From positions 1 through 43,065 of the forward strand of contig JAUWYG010000002.1 in the NCBI GenBank assembly GCA_030615945.1: DNA of 43,065 nt, read 5' to 3'. Both the position numbers and the translations under genes were made by a program. Of this stretch, positions 1 to 8,727 are shown piece after piece (position 1 is the stretch's first letter; each line of letters starts with the position of its first letter). This DNA is from Candidatus Bipolaricaulota bacterium. GTDB lineage: Bacteria; Bipolaricaulota; Bipolaricaulia; UBA7950; UBA9294. Below the pieces are notes generated by a model. It was given only the letters and a program-made list of their open reading frames with translations, did not search any database and was not told the origin of the DNA.

Positions 1-162
1 ACCCACTGCGGCAACAACAGAACTCTTTTGTTGCGACAATAGATCGCTTTTGCTGCGATACTCCCAATTGGGTTGTGAATTTAATAGATGTAAATGAGGT
101 TCGGGCTTGAAAAGAAACCAAGGAACTATCACGCCCAGGCCGTCATCCCGAGGTAATAGAAG

Positions 163-196
163 TCAAAAGAGAAGAGGCCCCCTTCGGAGCCTCTTC
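163..196 (-). terminator. Rho-independent terminator candidate downstream of the DUF4384 gene
   Basis: 8-bp GC-rich stem GAAGAGGC (171-178) / GCCTCTTC (189-196), extendable by 2 bp around a CTTC loop. On the minus strand the hairpin is followed by TCTTTTGACTT. It lies 40 nt past the stop at 238. Confidence 0.55.
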
Positions 197-237
197 AGCA
201 AGAACGTATGACGTGTTCGCTCTACCCTGATCGCTTT

Positions 238-963
238 CTATGGGTCGTAGCCAATACGGATACGAATACTAAAGCAGCATTGGCCCCTCGAGAAGCACCA
301 CCAACTCCACCCAGGGAAGCAGCTTCCAAAGAACGGTGGGCAAGAAGGACTGGGAGGAGCGGGTTTGTAGCACGGCGGAGGAGTGTAGCTGGGAGCAGGC
401 GGTTTGTAGCACGGTGGAGGAGTGTAGCTGTAGGTTGGGGCTGTAATCGTGAACGATGTCCAGGCAGTTGTCCACGTTGGCTCAGGAGTGATCCCCATAA
501 TGTGGCCTTGGATCTCCCCTGGGGTAACCCTTGGAAACGGTTCACCATAGGTGCTAGTGGTAACTGCGAGCGGACTCAGGCTAGCCAAGATCTGTAGCTT
601 TTCTACTCCCGTCGGATGGGTAACTCTGTAGTGGTACGACGGCCTATCCGGGAGAACATGCGTCCCCCCAGAGACGAAGTTACTTTGCGAATAGATGTTC
701 GGAAAGACAAGACGCACGATCCCATCTGGCTGGATATCGTACAGGTAGATGTAGGCTGGTTGGCTCACATTGAAATACACGCGCATGGTCTCGCCCACCG
801 CGTAGGTCGATTTGTCGGTCCAGACGTTGACCGTGAGAGGTCGTGGAATCGGTGTGGGGACAATCCCTAGAGGGCTCGGTGGTCCTTGTGCGACCATAAC
901 GGCCGACGTACCCACAAGCCCGATTAACAGAAGCGTTAGCGATATAGTTAGCCGTGTTTTCAT
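238..963 (-). CDS. Secreted DUF4384-domain protein with a Pro/Cys-rich repeat tail
   Basis: ATG at 963 is preceded by GAGGTGG 6 nt upstream; the ORF-track start at 981 is a TTG without an SD. Signal peptide MKTRLTISLTLLLIGLVGTSAVMVAQG. The segment DKSTYAVGETMRVYFNVSQPAYIYLYDIQPDGIVRLVFPN fits the DUF4384 pattern. The tail carries TPPPCYKP repeats. Confidence 0.6.
   Translation of the reverse strand: MKTRLTISLTLLLIGLVGTSAVMVAQGPPSPLGIVPTPIPRPLTVNVWTDKSTYAVGETMRVYFNVSQPAYIYLYDIQPDGIVRLVFPNIYSQSNFVSGGTHVLPDRPSYHYRVTHPTGVEKLQILASLSPLAVTTSTYGEPFPRVTPGEIQGHIMGITPEPTWTTAWTSFTITAPTYSYTPPPCYKPPAPSYTPPPCYKPAPPSPSCPPFFGSCFPGWSWWCFSRGQCCFSIRIRIGYDP
362..430. repeat. Direct repeat, two 30-nt copies at 39-nt period, inside the DUF4384 CDS
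   Basis: GGTTTGTAGCACGG(C/T)GGAGGAGTGTAGCTG occurs at 362-391 and 401-430 with 1 mismatch. It encodes the YTPPPCYKP repeat on the minus strand. Confidence 0.85.
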
Positions 964-1052
964 GTTTACCACCTCGGACAATCTACACCTAGCCTCTCAT
1001 CGGAGTTTCATTACAAAGGGTTCCTATCGTTGCGATAGCTCTGACAAGCCAA

Positions 1053-1087
1053 GCGGCCCTCCCACCTGGATATCATGAAAGGGCCGC
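1053..1087 (-). terminator. Hairpin immediately downstream of the small RHH gene (weak terminator candidate)
   Basis: GCGGCCCT (1053-1060) / AGGGCCGC (1080-1087) form an 8-bp stem with a 19-nt loop. On the minus strand it is followed by TTGGCTTGTC. The large loop and poor U-run make it non-canonical. Confidence 0.3.
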
Positions 1088-1104
1088 GTCTCCAAAAGGA
1101 GGTG

Positions 1105-1275
1105 CTACTTGCCTTCTTCCCGCTTCAGATACTGCAGGATCGCCTCTACTACCAGGTAGTTGACCGAGCGATCGTTTTTGTCTCCCAGCCTCATCAACCG
1201 CTGAACAGGCTTTTGATCCATCTTCGATTGCGGAATGTAGATCGACAGCTTGTCGGAGATTACCTTCTTCGCCAT
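1105..1275 (-). CDS. Ribbon-helix-helix (CopG/Arc/MetJ-type) small DNA-binding protein, 56 aa
   Basis: Below the ORF-track cutoff and found by hand: MAKKVISDKLSIYIPQSKMDQKPVQRLMRLGDKNDRSVNYLVVEAILQYLKREEGK. A GGGGG run lies 6 nt upstream of the ATG. The layout is a beta-strand (KLSIYIP) followed by two helices (RSVNYLVVEAILQYL). Confidence 0.6.
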   Translation of the reverse strand: MAKKVISDKLSIYIPQSKMDQKPVQRLMRLGDKNDRSVNYLVVEAILQYLKREEGK

Positions 1276-1411
1276 TTGTTACCCCCTTATCACTGTGGTT
1301 GCTTCATGTTGTATGATATACCGTGAGCGAGAGGATGTGCAAGGTTGGTATTGGTGGTTTTCACTATGGACTCGCTCCTAACTGAGTCCGGCTAGAGAAA
1401 GCAGGTGTCCT

Positions 1412-1780
1412 GTGGTGTGCTTTCAAGGACACGGAAATCCGCAAAACCTGGTGGCGCGGATCGTGAGGATCGGCCTGACAGATCTAGATCCGACTCGAGT
1501 ACTGAAGCACTGCAAGCACCTTTTCCTTGCCCAAGGCCCGTACGGTCTTCCAGCAAAGACACTGGGGCTTCCCTCAGCTGGCTCAAAGACTCTCTGGTGT
1601 ACTCTTCACAGCTACGGCATAGGAGGGATGGAGCTCGACTCGCTGTATGAGGAGTTCATGCAACGCGAGCACTGTGCAGAGTGTCGAGATGCCCAACCTC
1701 ATCCCGAGGGGTGGGCCTGGACTCGCGATTGGCAGGCCAAGCAACACCAGGTCTACGGCGATCGCTTCCGCGGCCTGTAG
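1412..1780 (+). CDS. Hypothetical protein; only the last ~50 codons look convincingly coding
   Basis: ORF-track frame with a GTG start. From 1628 (MELDSLYEEFMQREHCAECRD...) the codons are GC3-rich like the core genes. No family recognised, and no well-spaced SD at either candidate start. Confidence 0.25.
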   Translation: MVCFQGHGNPQNLVARIVRIGLTDLDPTRVLKHCKHLFLAQGPYGLPAKTLGLPSAGSKTLWCTLHSYGIGGMELDSLYEEFMQREHCAECRDAQPHPEGWAWTRDWQAKQHQVYGDRFRGL

Positions 1781-1821
1781 GGAAGTGGGCAGGTCAGAGT
1801 GAACGAACCCAGTTTGTAGTG

Positions 1822-1855
1822 GGTTCCGGAGGGGTTCCGGAGGGGTTCCAAGAGG
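1822..1855. repeat. Tandem 11-nt repeat (about 3 copies) in a convergent intergenic region
   Basis: GGTTCCGGAGG at 1822-1832 and 1833-1843, then a degenerate third copy GGTTCCAAGAGG. The unit length is not a multiple of 3, and each unit contains the palindrome TCCGGA. Confidence 0.8.
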
Positions 1856-1941
1856 ATCAGAGACGTTGAACTGCCTAGGACCAGACCCCTGACATTGCCG
1901 AGCGATAGGGTTGGGCAACTTGCATGTCCTTCGCAACCCGG

Positions 1942-3426
1942 TCATGTTTGTGCTAGCACGTAGTATGTGCTCGAAGAAGCGCCTCGCTTCTCGACAAGGC
2001 CGGCCTCTCGCAGCCCCCTCAACACTTCTCGTGCGTATCGTTGGGATGTAGCGAGAAGCTCAGCACACTCCTGCGACGTGATTCGTCCGTTGTGCTGAAC
2101 GAACTCGATGATACGTCTTGCATTTGCGTCTAGTTCGGTCAGTAGTTCATCGGAAACTCGGATGTTCTCCCAACCCTCTCCTTGCCCATAGATCGTGAGG
2201 ACGAAATACCCGACATCGAAGTTGAAAACAGGTTCACCAACGCCTGCAGCAACTAGCTGATCACGCATCCTCCCAATACCGGAACCGCGCTCCTCCATAT
2301 AACCCAGAAGCTTAAGCGTATTCGCTATGCGGGGATTTCGACTGATGGGTGGAGCATCGAAAGCTCTGAGGCGCGAAAGCGTGATTGGATAGACTGGGAG
2401 TCCCGGGCTCCGGATTGTGATCCTGTCCATCGAGAGCTTCACATGGACTCGGACGCCCTCCTGGTAACTGCGATGCACAAGGGCATTGACAATGGCTTCC
2501 CGAAGGGCCGCGGGGGGATACTCAGGAATGCTCTCTCTTCTCAGACTCGTGATCTCCGTGAACTGCCGCATATGCTGACAGAGGAAACCAACGACCTGCC
2601 CTATGACTGCGGCCAGTGGTCCAGAAGCCTCCTCGTAGATCATATTATTGCCTCGTTGAGCCTCAAGCATGACCGAGGCCTGGGGCAAGAAGTCTGCTGG
2701 ATGCTCACCGAAGAGCAACAAACCAGCCACTGTCGGCCTGTAGCGATTGGCGTCAGCAGTCTGAGCGACCAGACTAGCACGTGCCATGTACTCCCAAGCT
2801 TGCTCCGAGGGGACAGCCAGATCCATGCCTCTTGTGTCAATGTATTCCTTGACGTGTGGCTTCGAGAGGTCCTCAACGCTTGCTGCTCTGACCACCTCAT
2901 TCTCGATCGCTGAGCTTTCCCCAAGCGCAGTCTCTTCTTCCTCATCACCAGTGAGCTGTTCGCAGTACTCGATGAAGGATGTGTTGGCATTCTGAATCGT
3001 GGTTCTCAGGTCAGCATCGAAGAAACCGACCTCGACGGCGGCCTTATGGAGTCCCGCAATCCCTTGCCCAGTGACACCCGGATTCGGGTCAACCATGCCG
3101 ATGAAAACTCGGGATATACGTGCCTCTATGATTCGATCTGCGCACGGGGTCTTGCCTGGTCCTCTACTTGTACATGGCTCAAGAGTCACATAGAGACTTG
3201 CTCCCTCAAGATCCTGATCCCGCAAGTCACGATCGATGAGGGTGTACTCGGCATGTGCACCCACGCGCAGCCCGCCACGGTGCGTCTTGCCCAGGAGCCT
3301 GCCATCTCTATCAGCAATCACCGCACCCACAAGGGGATCAGGTTTGGCAATGTGGTCAGAGCGGGACTGCAGCATTTCCTCAACTGCTAGCTCCATGAAC
3401 TCGCGATCGTATGCGTAAAGCTCCAT
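1942..3426 (-). CDS. Fusion protein: RibD-like zinc deaminase, then partial AlbA_2-like segment, HATPase_c_4 and winged HTH (COG2865-type)
   Basis: The N-terminus has HAE...(L)EPC...PC zinc-deaminase motifs in RibD-like context (GAHAEYTLI; YVTLEPCTSRGPGKTPCADRII; VDPNPGVTGQGI). The middle has AGLLLFGEHPADFLPQA. Then EYPPAALREAIVNALVHRSY...RITIRSPG...SRNPRIANTL...EERGSGIGRM, which is HATPase_c_4-like. The C-terminus has an HTH (RIIEFVQHNGRITSQECAELL). Confidence 0.65.
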   Translation of the reverse strand: MELYAYDREFMELAVEEMLQSRSDHIAKPDPLVGAVIADRDGRLLGKTHRGGLRVGAHAEYTLIDRDLRDQDLEGASLYVTLEPCTSRGPGKTPCADRIIEARISRVFIGMVDPNPGVTGQGIAGLHKAAVEVGFFDADLRTTIQNANTSFIEYCEQLTGDEEEETALGESSAIENEVVRAASVEDLSKPHVKEYIDTRGMDLAVPSEQAWEYMARASLVAQTADANRYRPTVAGLLLFGEHPADFLPQASVMLEAQRGNNMIYEEASGPLAAVIGQVVGFLCQHMRQFTEITSLRRESIPEYPPAALREAIVNALVHRSYQEGVRVHVKLSMDRITIRSPGLPVYPITLSRLRAFDAPPISRNPRIANTLKLLGYMEERGSGIGRMRDQLVAAGVGEPVFNFDVGYFVLTIYGQGEGWENIRVSDELLTELDANARRIIEFVQHNGRITSQECAELLATSQRYAREVLRGLREAGLVEKRGASSSTYYVLAQT

Positions 3427-3512
3427 AGAACGTATCTCCCTGTCAACCCAAGACTATGATACTTGTTACGTTTCGAGAATACATACCATCTAGGTGCCAG
3501 GTGGTACACTGG

Positions 3513-4862
3513 TCACCGCATGAACTTGCGACCTATCACAAGAACCGTGAGGGCCATCATGATGCCTCCCAAGACCGCTTCTGCAGCCGCGAGGCCGCTG
3601 GGCAATCCCGCCGTAGGCCTTATATCCCCGTAACCCAGAGTGGTAAACGTGATGACGCTGAAATAGAGGGCGCCCCAAAAGCTGGTTATCGCTTGACCCA
3701 AGCCCAAAACACCTGGGGCTTCGAGCACGGAAAACCCTTTGAGAATAAGCATCGTGTACGCTCCGGCAAACCCTCCAATGATGACGGCCCATGTAATGAA
3801 GAGCCGCAATAGGCTTGCCCCATAGGCGGTGGGCCACCTGAGGAAGAGGCAATCGAAAAACCACGGAAAGAGGACGATTCGGGATCTTCTTAGTGTCTGA
3901 TAGGCTTTGTTCCGCCATCGCCCCGTAAAGGGGACTCGTCGGGGAGAGACTCGCGCGAGCCGCTCAAGGTAGTGGGCTGCATCTGCCTTCTCGCGTTCAC
4001 CCTGCCTCTCAAACGTCAAGCGTGCAAAGCTCCAGAATGATCTACTTGTCTCAACGTCATGCAATCTAACTCCGCACCTCCACCTCATCCACCATAAGAG
4101 GATCGTAGGTCTGCGATCACCCAATGAAAGAGCCCCCGCTTGGCAAAATGTAAACTCAGTCTTGCCCCCAATCGAAGCACCTCCAAAGCACACTGTTCGT
4201 CGCAGTCTAGTTCCCCCGAAGTAAGCGTTTCCCTCGATCCTGGCGTCCCGAAAGTCAGCGTCCCCCTCGATCCTGGCGTCCCGAAAGTCAGCGTCCCCCT
4301 TGATCCTGGCGTCCCCGAAGTAAGCGAACCCCTTGATCCTGGCGTCCTGGAAGTTAGCGTCCCCCTCGATCGTGGCGTCCCCGAAGTAAGCGAACCCCTC
4401 GATCGTAGCCTGCCAGAAGTAAGCGTCCCCCTCGATCCTGGCGTTCCCGAAGGAAGCGTGCCTCTCGATCGTGGCGTCCCAGAAGTTAGCGTTCCCCTCG
4501 ATCGTAGCCTGCCAGAAGTCAGCGTCCCCCTCGATCCTGGCGTCCCCGAAGTCAGCGTCCCCCTTGATTGTTGCTTCACTACCTATGAGATCTCCAGCGA
4601 TTTCTTTAGGGAGAATCAATCTACCGGCTTCTCGACTACCGCCACTGGCTACAATACCGGTGGGGAAGAAGTATCCCCGGAAGTCATATCGCGGGTTTCT
4701 CGCTTCCTCGGGTCCCTCCCCATCTATCTGTTCGTAGAACTTCTGCTTAAACCTTTGGACATCTTTCTTGCCTGGCTCATGGAAGATGCAGTAATCCGAT
4801 CCGGGCTCAGGCGAGACTCTGCAGTGGTAACCGGGGCTAAGCGCGCTTCGCCATTTGCACAT
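3513..4862 (-). CDS. Pentapeptide-repeat protein fused to a two-TM K+ channel pore (Ion_trans_2-like)
   Basis: N-terminal Cys/His motif (CKW...HCRV...YCIFH). About 25 pentapeptide units (GDADFGDARIEGDADFWQATIEGNANF...). The C-terminal pore carries the K+ selectivity filter TTLGYGD. Confidence 0.8.
   Translation of the reverse strand: MCKWRSALSPGYHCRVSPEPGSDYCIFHEPGKKDVQRFKQKFYEQIDGEGPEEARNPRYDFRGYFFPTGIVASGGSREAGRLILPKEIAGDLIGSEATIKGDADFGDARIEGDADFWQATIEGNANFWDATIERHASFGNARIEGDAYFWQATIEGFAYFGDATIEGDANFQDARIKGFAYFGDARIKGDADFRDARIEGDADFRDARIEGNAYFGGTRLRRTVCFGGASIGGKTEFTFCQAGALSLGDRRPTILLWWMRWRCGVRLHDVETSRSFWSFARLTFERQGEREKADAAHYLERLARVSPRRVPFTGRWRNKAYQTLRRSRIVLFPWFFDCLFLRWPTAYGASLLRLFITWAVIIGGFAGAYTMLILKGFSVLEAPGVLGLGQAITSFWGALYFSVITFTTLGYGDIRPTAGLPSGLAAAEAVLGGIMMALTVLVIGRKFMR
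4214..4570. repeat. About 12 contiguous, near-identical 30-nt tandem repeats inside the channel CDS
   Basis: The unit CGTCCCCCTCGATCCTGGCGTCCCGAAAGTCAG and variants repeat head-to-tail. Two adjacent copies are identical. Each unit encodes two pentapeptides on the minus strand. Confidence 0.9.
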
Positions 4863-4954
4863 GTTTAGTAACGCTATCTAGTTGCTTGTGGTCAAACCTT
4901 GCTTTTTTAACTAAACAAGCCACCCATGTTTCACCAAGTTGATGGCTCATTGGC

Positions 4955-5275
4955 CTATTCCTTCAACCTGACCGCGGTCCCATAGGCGAGGATCTCGGCA
5001 GCACCGGACATGGTCTGCGAGGTAGTGAACCGCACTCCCACAACGGCATTCGCGCCAAGGCCTGCTGCCTCCTTCACCATCCGCTCGATCGCCTGGTCGC
5101 GTGCCTGGGTGAGCATGCGCGTATAGTCCTTTATCTCGCCCCCAACGATGTTTCGCAGGCCGGCCATGACGTCTCGCCCGAGGTGGCGGGCACGGATCGT
5201 ATTCCCACGTACAAGACCAAGTACTTTCTCGATCTTACGTCCCTCTATGCACTCAGTCGTCACCAGAAGCATCAT
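4955..5275 (-). CDS. YbjQ/UPF0145 family protein
   Basis: 106 aa: ...VTTECIEGRKIEKVLGLVRGNTIRARHLGRDVMAGLRNIVGGEIKDYT...ANAVVGVRF, a typical YbjQ signature. Confidence 0.8.
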   Translation of the reverse strand: MMLLVTTECIEGRKIEKVLGLVRGNTIRARHLGRDVMAGLRNIVGGEIKDYTRMLTQARDQAIERMVKEAAGLGANAVVGVRFTTSQTMSGAAEILAYGTAVRLKE

Positions 5276-5468
5276 TTCCCTCCTTTTTTCGTTCCAAGAT
5301 CAAACCTAAAACTACGATGATCAACCCAGCTGCACCTATGAGAATCACCACCTTGAAGAAGATCCCAATCCCCGGTGCGGTGATAAGCAGGCGAATCAGA
5401 AAATAGGCGACATACCCGCCTAAAAGACTCCCTGCGACGATCATCAGCCAATAGCCAAGTTTAAGCAT
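5253..5468 (-). CDS. Small two-TM membrane protein
   Basis: 71 aa with two hydrophobic helices. It sits between polA and the ybjQ-like gene with short gaps or overlap. No family recognised. Confidence 0.5.
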   Translation of the reverse strand: MLKLGYWLMIVAGSLLGGYVAYFLIRLLITAPGIGIFFKVVILIGAAGLIIVVLGLILERKKEGNDASGDD

Positions 5469-5492
5469 CTTGCTACCTCCTTAAAGGGGATC

Positions 5493-8240
5493 TTATAGCT
5501 CGCCCCAGTTCTCACCACACGCCACCTTCACTTCCAAAGGAAGGCGAAGCTCCATCACTCCTTCCATCTCCTTTTTGATCCTCGTCATCGCTTTCTCACA
5601 GTCTTTTTCCTTTGCCTCGAAGATCAGCTCATCGTGGATCTGGAGGAGCATCTTCACCTTGAGGGCACCGCCATCGATCAATCGGTCAATCGCAAGCATG
5701 GCAAGCTTGATCAGGTCGGCAGCTCCCCCTTGAATCGGGGTGTTAACAGCGTTTCGCCGGTCAAAGTTGCGGCGAGGGACGTTTTTTGAGCTTAAATGCG
5801 GAAGCGGCCGGCGGCGACCGAGGAGCGTCTCGGCATAGCCACATTCCGTAGCAACGGCGATCATCCGATCGATATACTCCTTTGCCTTAGGGTAGGAAGA
5901 AAAGAAGCGGTCGATGTAGGCCTTGGCCTCCGCGTGGGAGATCCCCAACTCACGAGCGAGCCCATACGGGCTTATCCCGTAGATGATCCCAAAGTTGATC
6001 CGTTTGGCCGCATCGCGCAGCTTGGAATTAACCTCCTCCTCGGGAAGGGCAAAGACGCGACTGGCGGTCATACGGTGGAGGTCCTTCCCTTTCTTAAACG
6101 TCTCGATCAGGGCCTCATCCTCAGATAGATGGGCGAGGAGGCGAAGCTCAATCTGCGAGTAGTCGGCCCCGATCAAAAGCGAGCCTTGCGGGGCGACGAA
6201 GGCGCGACGGATCCGCTCCCCGACCTCCGTACGAATAGGGATGTTCTGCAAGTTGGGGTCAGAGGAGGAGAGCCGGCCCGTGGCAGTGGAGGTTTGATGA
6301 AACGATGTGTGGATCCGGCCAGTTTCCGGATTTATCGCCTCCGGCAACCGTTCGATGTAGGTGTTTAAAAGCTTCTCAAGTTCCCGGTATTCGATCAGCT
6401 TCCCCGGCAGAGGGTGCTTGACTGCCAACTCGGAGAGGACACGGGCGCTCGTAGAGGGGCCGGTCTTGGTACGCTCAATCACAGGCAGGCCAAGGCGGTC
6501 AAACAGGATAGTAGCCACTTGCTTGGGAGAGCTCGGATTGAACGACTCACCCGCGATCTCGTATAAGTCCTCCTTGATAATATTCAATTGTTCCCGAAGG
6601 TCCACTCCTTGAGCAGCGAGGATCTCGCGATCGATAAGGATTCCGTTCTGTTCCATCCGGGCCAGTACTGGGACGAGTGGAACCTCCACCTCGCGAAACA
6701 GATTAACGGCGTTCACCGCTTTAAGCGCGTTCTCCAGTGGACCCTTAGCGCGAAAGACGATCTCAGCGTCCTCGGCGGCATAGAAGGTCGCCTTCTCCAA
6801 AGGAACAGCGGCGATCTGTCCGTTCTTACCAGCAAGCTCGCTGTAGGAGAGCATCTCGTAACCTAAATAGACCCTGGCAATCTCCTCCAGGTTGTGGCGC
6901 CGCTCCTGCGGACGGGCAAGGTGAGAGGCGATCATGGCGTCAAAGGAAATCCCACGCGGATGTAGCCCGTACCGCCTGAGGATAACAAGGTCATACTTAA
7001 GGTTCTGCCCGAGAATCCGTGGGGCCTCTTCCTCAATCAGGGGGCGCAGTGCATCCATAACCTCGTCTAACGCGAGTTGAGCGGGAACCCCGAGGTAGTC
7101 GTGACCGACCGGGATATAGTACCCCTCATACGGCTGCGGAGAAAGAGCAATACCAACTATTTTAGCCCGCATCGGGTCACGACTCGTCGTCTCCAGATCA
7201 AGTGAGAATTCCTCCCCTTTTAAAATCTCCGTCACTAGGCGGTCGAGTTCGCTTTGTTTCAGGATCGTTTTATAGGTCGCTTTTCTCTCATCTTTTGTCA
7301 CTTTTTTAGGAGCGGCCGTTTCTTTAAATCCAAGCTCGTTTAGTACAGAATGAAACTCAAGCTCGCTTAGAAGTTGGGTCAACCCCTGAAGATCAACTTT
7401 GTCCAGGCGACAGTCCTCAGGGATCTTCCCCACAGAAACGTCCTTCTTAAGAGTGATCAACCGGCGGGCGAGAAGGGCGTCAGCGGTATGGGTCTTAAGG
7501 TTCTCCCGTACGCGTGCGTTTTTCACCTGTTCGATGTTCTGCAAGATCGCATCAAGGGAGCCAAACTGTGCGAGAAGGCGGGAGGCGGTCTTCGGACCGA
7601 CGGAAGGGACCCCAGGGATGTTGTCCGAGGTGTCACCGACAAGAGAGAGTAAATCGACAATCTCCTCCGGTAGGACCCCGAACTTATTGCGCACCTTCTC
7701 TTTATCGAGGATTTCACCTTCACTATCCGGTCGATGGCCGGTCGGTTGGATGAGGGCCACCCGCTCGCCCACAAGCTGCGCTAGGTCCTTGTCCGAGGTG
7801 GCGATCAACACTGTCAACCCCTTCTCTGCAGCGCGGCGGGTGATGCTGGCCAGGATGTCGTCGGCCTCTATTCCCTCCTCAAACCGCACGTTCACGCCTA
7901 ACAGATCGAGCAACTCCTGGATAATTGGAAATTGCGAGGCGAGCTCCTCTGGCATCTCCTTGCGGGTCGCCTTGTACGATGGAAGAAGCTCGTGGCGGAA
8001 GGTCTTCCCCCCAGCATCGAAAACGACGGCAACATAGGCGGAAGGGAATGAGCGCATGATCTTAAGCAAAGCCCGCCAGAAGCCGTAGACCGCGTTCACA
8101 GGCCGGCCATCGCGTGTGGAGAGCTCGCGGATGGCGTAGAACGAGCGGTAGGCGAGCGAGTGCCCATCAAAGAGCAAAAGCCTCTTTTCGTCGGGTTCCT
8201 GCGGCAAGTTGAGAAGTTCTTTATAGGTAGGCACTTTCAC
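5493..8240 (-). CDS. polA: DNA polymerase I
   Basis: 915 aa. It has a 5' nuclease domain (LLLFDGHSLAYRSFYA), an exonuclease-like domain (SLDLETTS), and polymerase motifs (RRAAKRINFGIIYG; QIHDELIFE). GTG start. Confidence 0.97.
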   Translation of the reverse strand: MKVPTYKELLNLPQEPDEKRLLLFDGHSLAYRSFYAIRELSTRDGRPVNAVYGFWRALLKIMRSFPSAYVAVVFDAGGKTFRHELLPSYKATRKEMPEELASQFPIIQELLDLLGVNVRFEEGIEADDILASITRRAAEKGLTVLIATSDKDLAQLVGERVALIQPTGHRPDSEGEILDKEKVRNKFGVLPEEIVDLLSLVGDTSDNIPGVPSVGPKTASRLLAQFGSLDAILQNIEQVKNARVRENLKTHTADALLARRLITLKKDVSVGKIPEDCRLDKVDLQGLTQLLSELEFHSVLNELGFKETAAPKKVTKDERKATYKTILKQSELDRLVTEILKGEEFSLDLETTSRDPMRAKIVGIALSPQPYEGYYIPVGHDYLGVPAQLALDEVMDALRPLIEEEAPRILGQNLKYDLVILRRYGLHPRGISFDAMIASHLARPQERRHNLEEIARVYLGYEMLSYSELAGKNGQIAAVPLEKATFYAAEDAEIVFRAKGPLENALKAVNAVNLFREVEVPLVPVLARMEQNGILIDREILAAQGVDLREQLNIIKEDLYEIAGESFNPSSPKQVATILFDRLGLPVIERTKTGPSTSARVLSELAVKHPLPGKLIEYRELEKLLNTYIERLPEAINPETGRIHTSFHQTSTATGRLSSSDPNLQNIPIRTEVGERIRRAFVAPQGSLLIGADYSQIELRLLAHLSEDEALIETFKKGKDLHRMTASRVFALPEEEVNSKLRDAAKRINFGIIYGISPYGLARELGISHAEAKAYIDRFFSSYPKAKEYIDRMIAVATECGYAETLLGRRRPLPHLSSKNVPRRNFDRRNAVNTPIQGGAADLIKLAMLAIDRLIDGGALKVKMLLQIHDELIFEAKEKDCEKAMTRIKKEMEGVMELRLPLEVKVACGENWGEL

Positions 8241-8727
8241 CCTTGTCTATCCCTTGCAGGTCGAGCAGGTAGCAGAGCGCAAGGGCAAGCCCGTCGGCGA
8301 CGTCATCCGGCTGAGGGATCTCATTAAGGTGAAGGAGCTGCTTCACCATCGCCTGCACCTGCCCCTTGCTTGCCTTCCCGTAGCCGGTGATGCGTTTCTT
8401 TACCTGAAGTGGGGTATAGCCACGCACCGGGACGCCTACCGTGGCCATAAGGAGCGCCCCACGCGCTTCCACGGTGAGCATCGCCGTGCGGGCGTTCCTC
8501 GCCAGGAAGACCTCCTCGATTGCCACTCCATATGGATGATAGGTCGAAATCAGGGCACACGCCTCCTCGTAGATCTCCCGCAGCCGCTGCGCCCGAGGTA
8601 CTCCCTTCGTGGTCTCAATAATCCCCCCGGAGATCACCTCCCAGCCATCAGAAAGCGCGTGCACGACCCCATAGCCGGTAACAGCAAGGCCGGGGTCAAA
8701 TCCAAGGGTAATCGCCTCACCCTTCAT
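8221..8727 (-). CDS. ruvC: Holliday junction resolvase RuvC
   Basis: 168 aa: TLGFDPGLAVTGYGV...EEVF...DVADGLALALC. It overlaps polA by 20 nt and DUF177 by 4 nt. Confidence 0.92.
   Translation of the reverse strand: MKGEAITLGFDPGLAVTGYGVVHALSDGWEVISGGIIETTKGVPRAQRLREIYEEACALISTYHPYGVAIEEVFLARNARTAMLTVEARGALLMATVGVPVRGYTPLQVKKRITGYGKASKGQVQAMVKQLLHLNEIPQPDDVADGLALALCYLLDLQGIDKGESAYL

Noticed and set aside
1583-1945. 120-aa minus-strand ORF whose ATG overlaps the deaminase-fusion stop (ATGA)
   Set aside because: It runs through the 11-nt (non-triplet) tandem repeat and is Pro/Arg/Leu-rich low complexity. It also overlaps the better-looking plus-strand frame at 1628-1780. The ATGA overlap is probably coincidental.
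4214-4570. CRISPR-like regular 30-nt repeat array
   Set aside because: The repeats are contiguous with no spacers. They lie wholly inside a CDS and encode pentapeptide repeats. There is no leader and there are no cas genes.
4085-4868. Long alternative-frame ORFs (164 aa on the minus strand, 242 aa and 88 aa on the plus strand) across the channel gene
   Set aside because: They are by-products of the 30-nt periodic repeat, which keeps all frames open. Their products are monotonous (SRGTLTSGTPG..., VSVPLDPGVPE...). Only the pentapeptide frame continues into a recognisable K+ pore.
7399-8037. Antisense ORFs inside polA (7399-8037), the Dak2-DegV gene (18769-19506), nfeD (36275-36640, 37034-37540) and 37726-38304
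   Set aside because: They are typical high-GC antisense open frames with Arg/Ser/Pro-rich products. They have no SD, and each is fully contained in a gene with strong homology-type evidence on the other strand.
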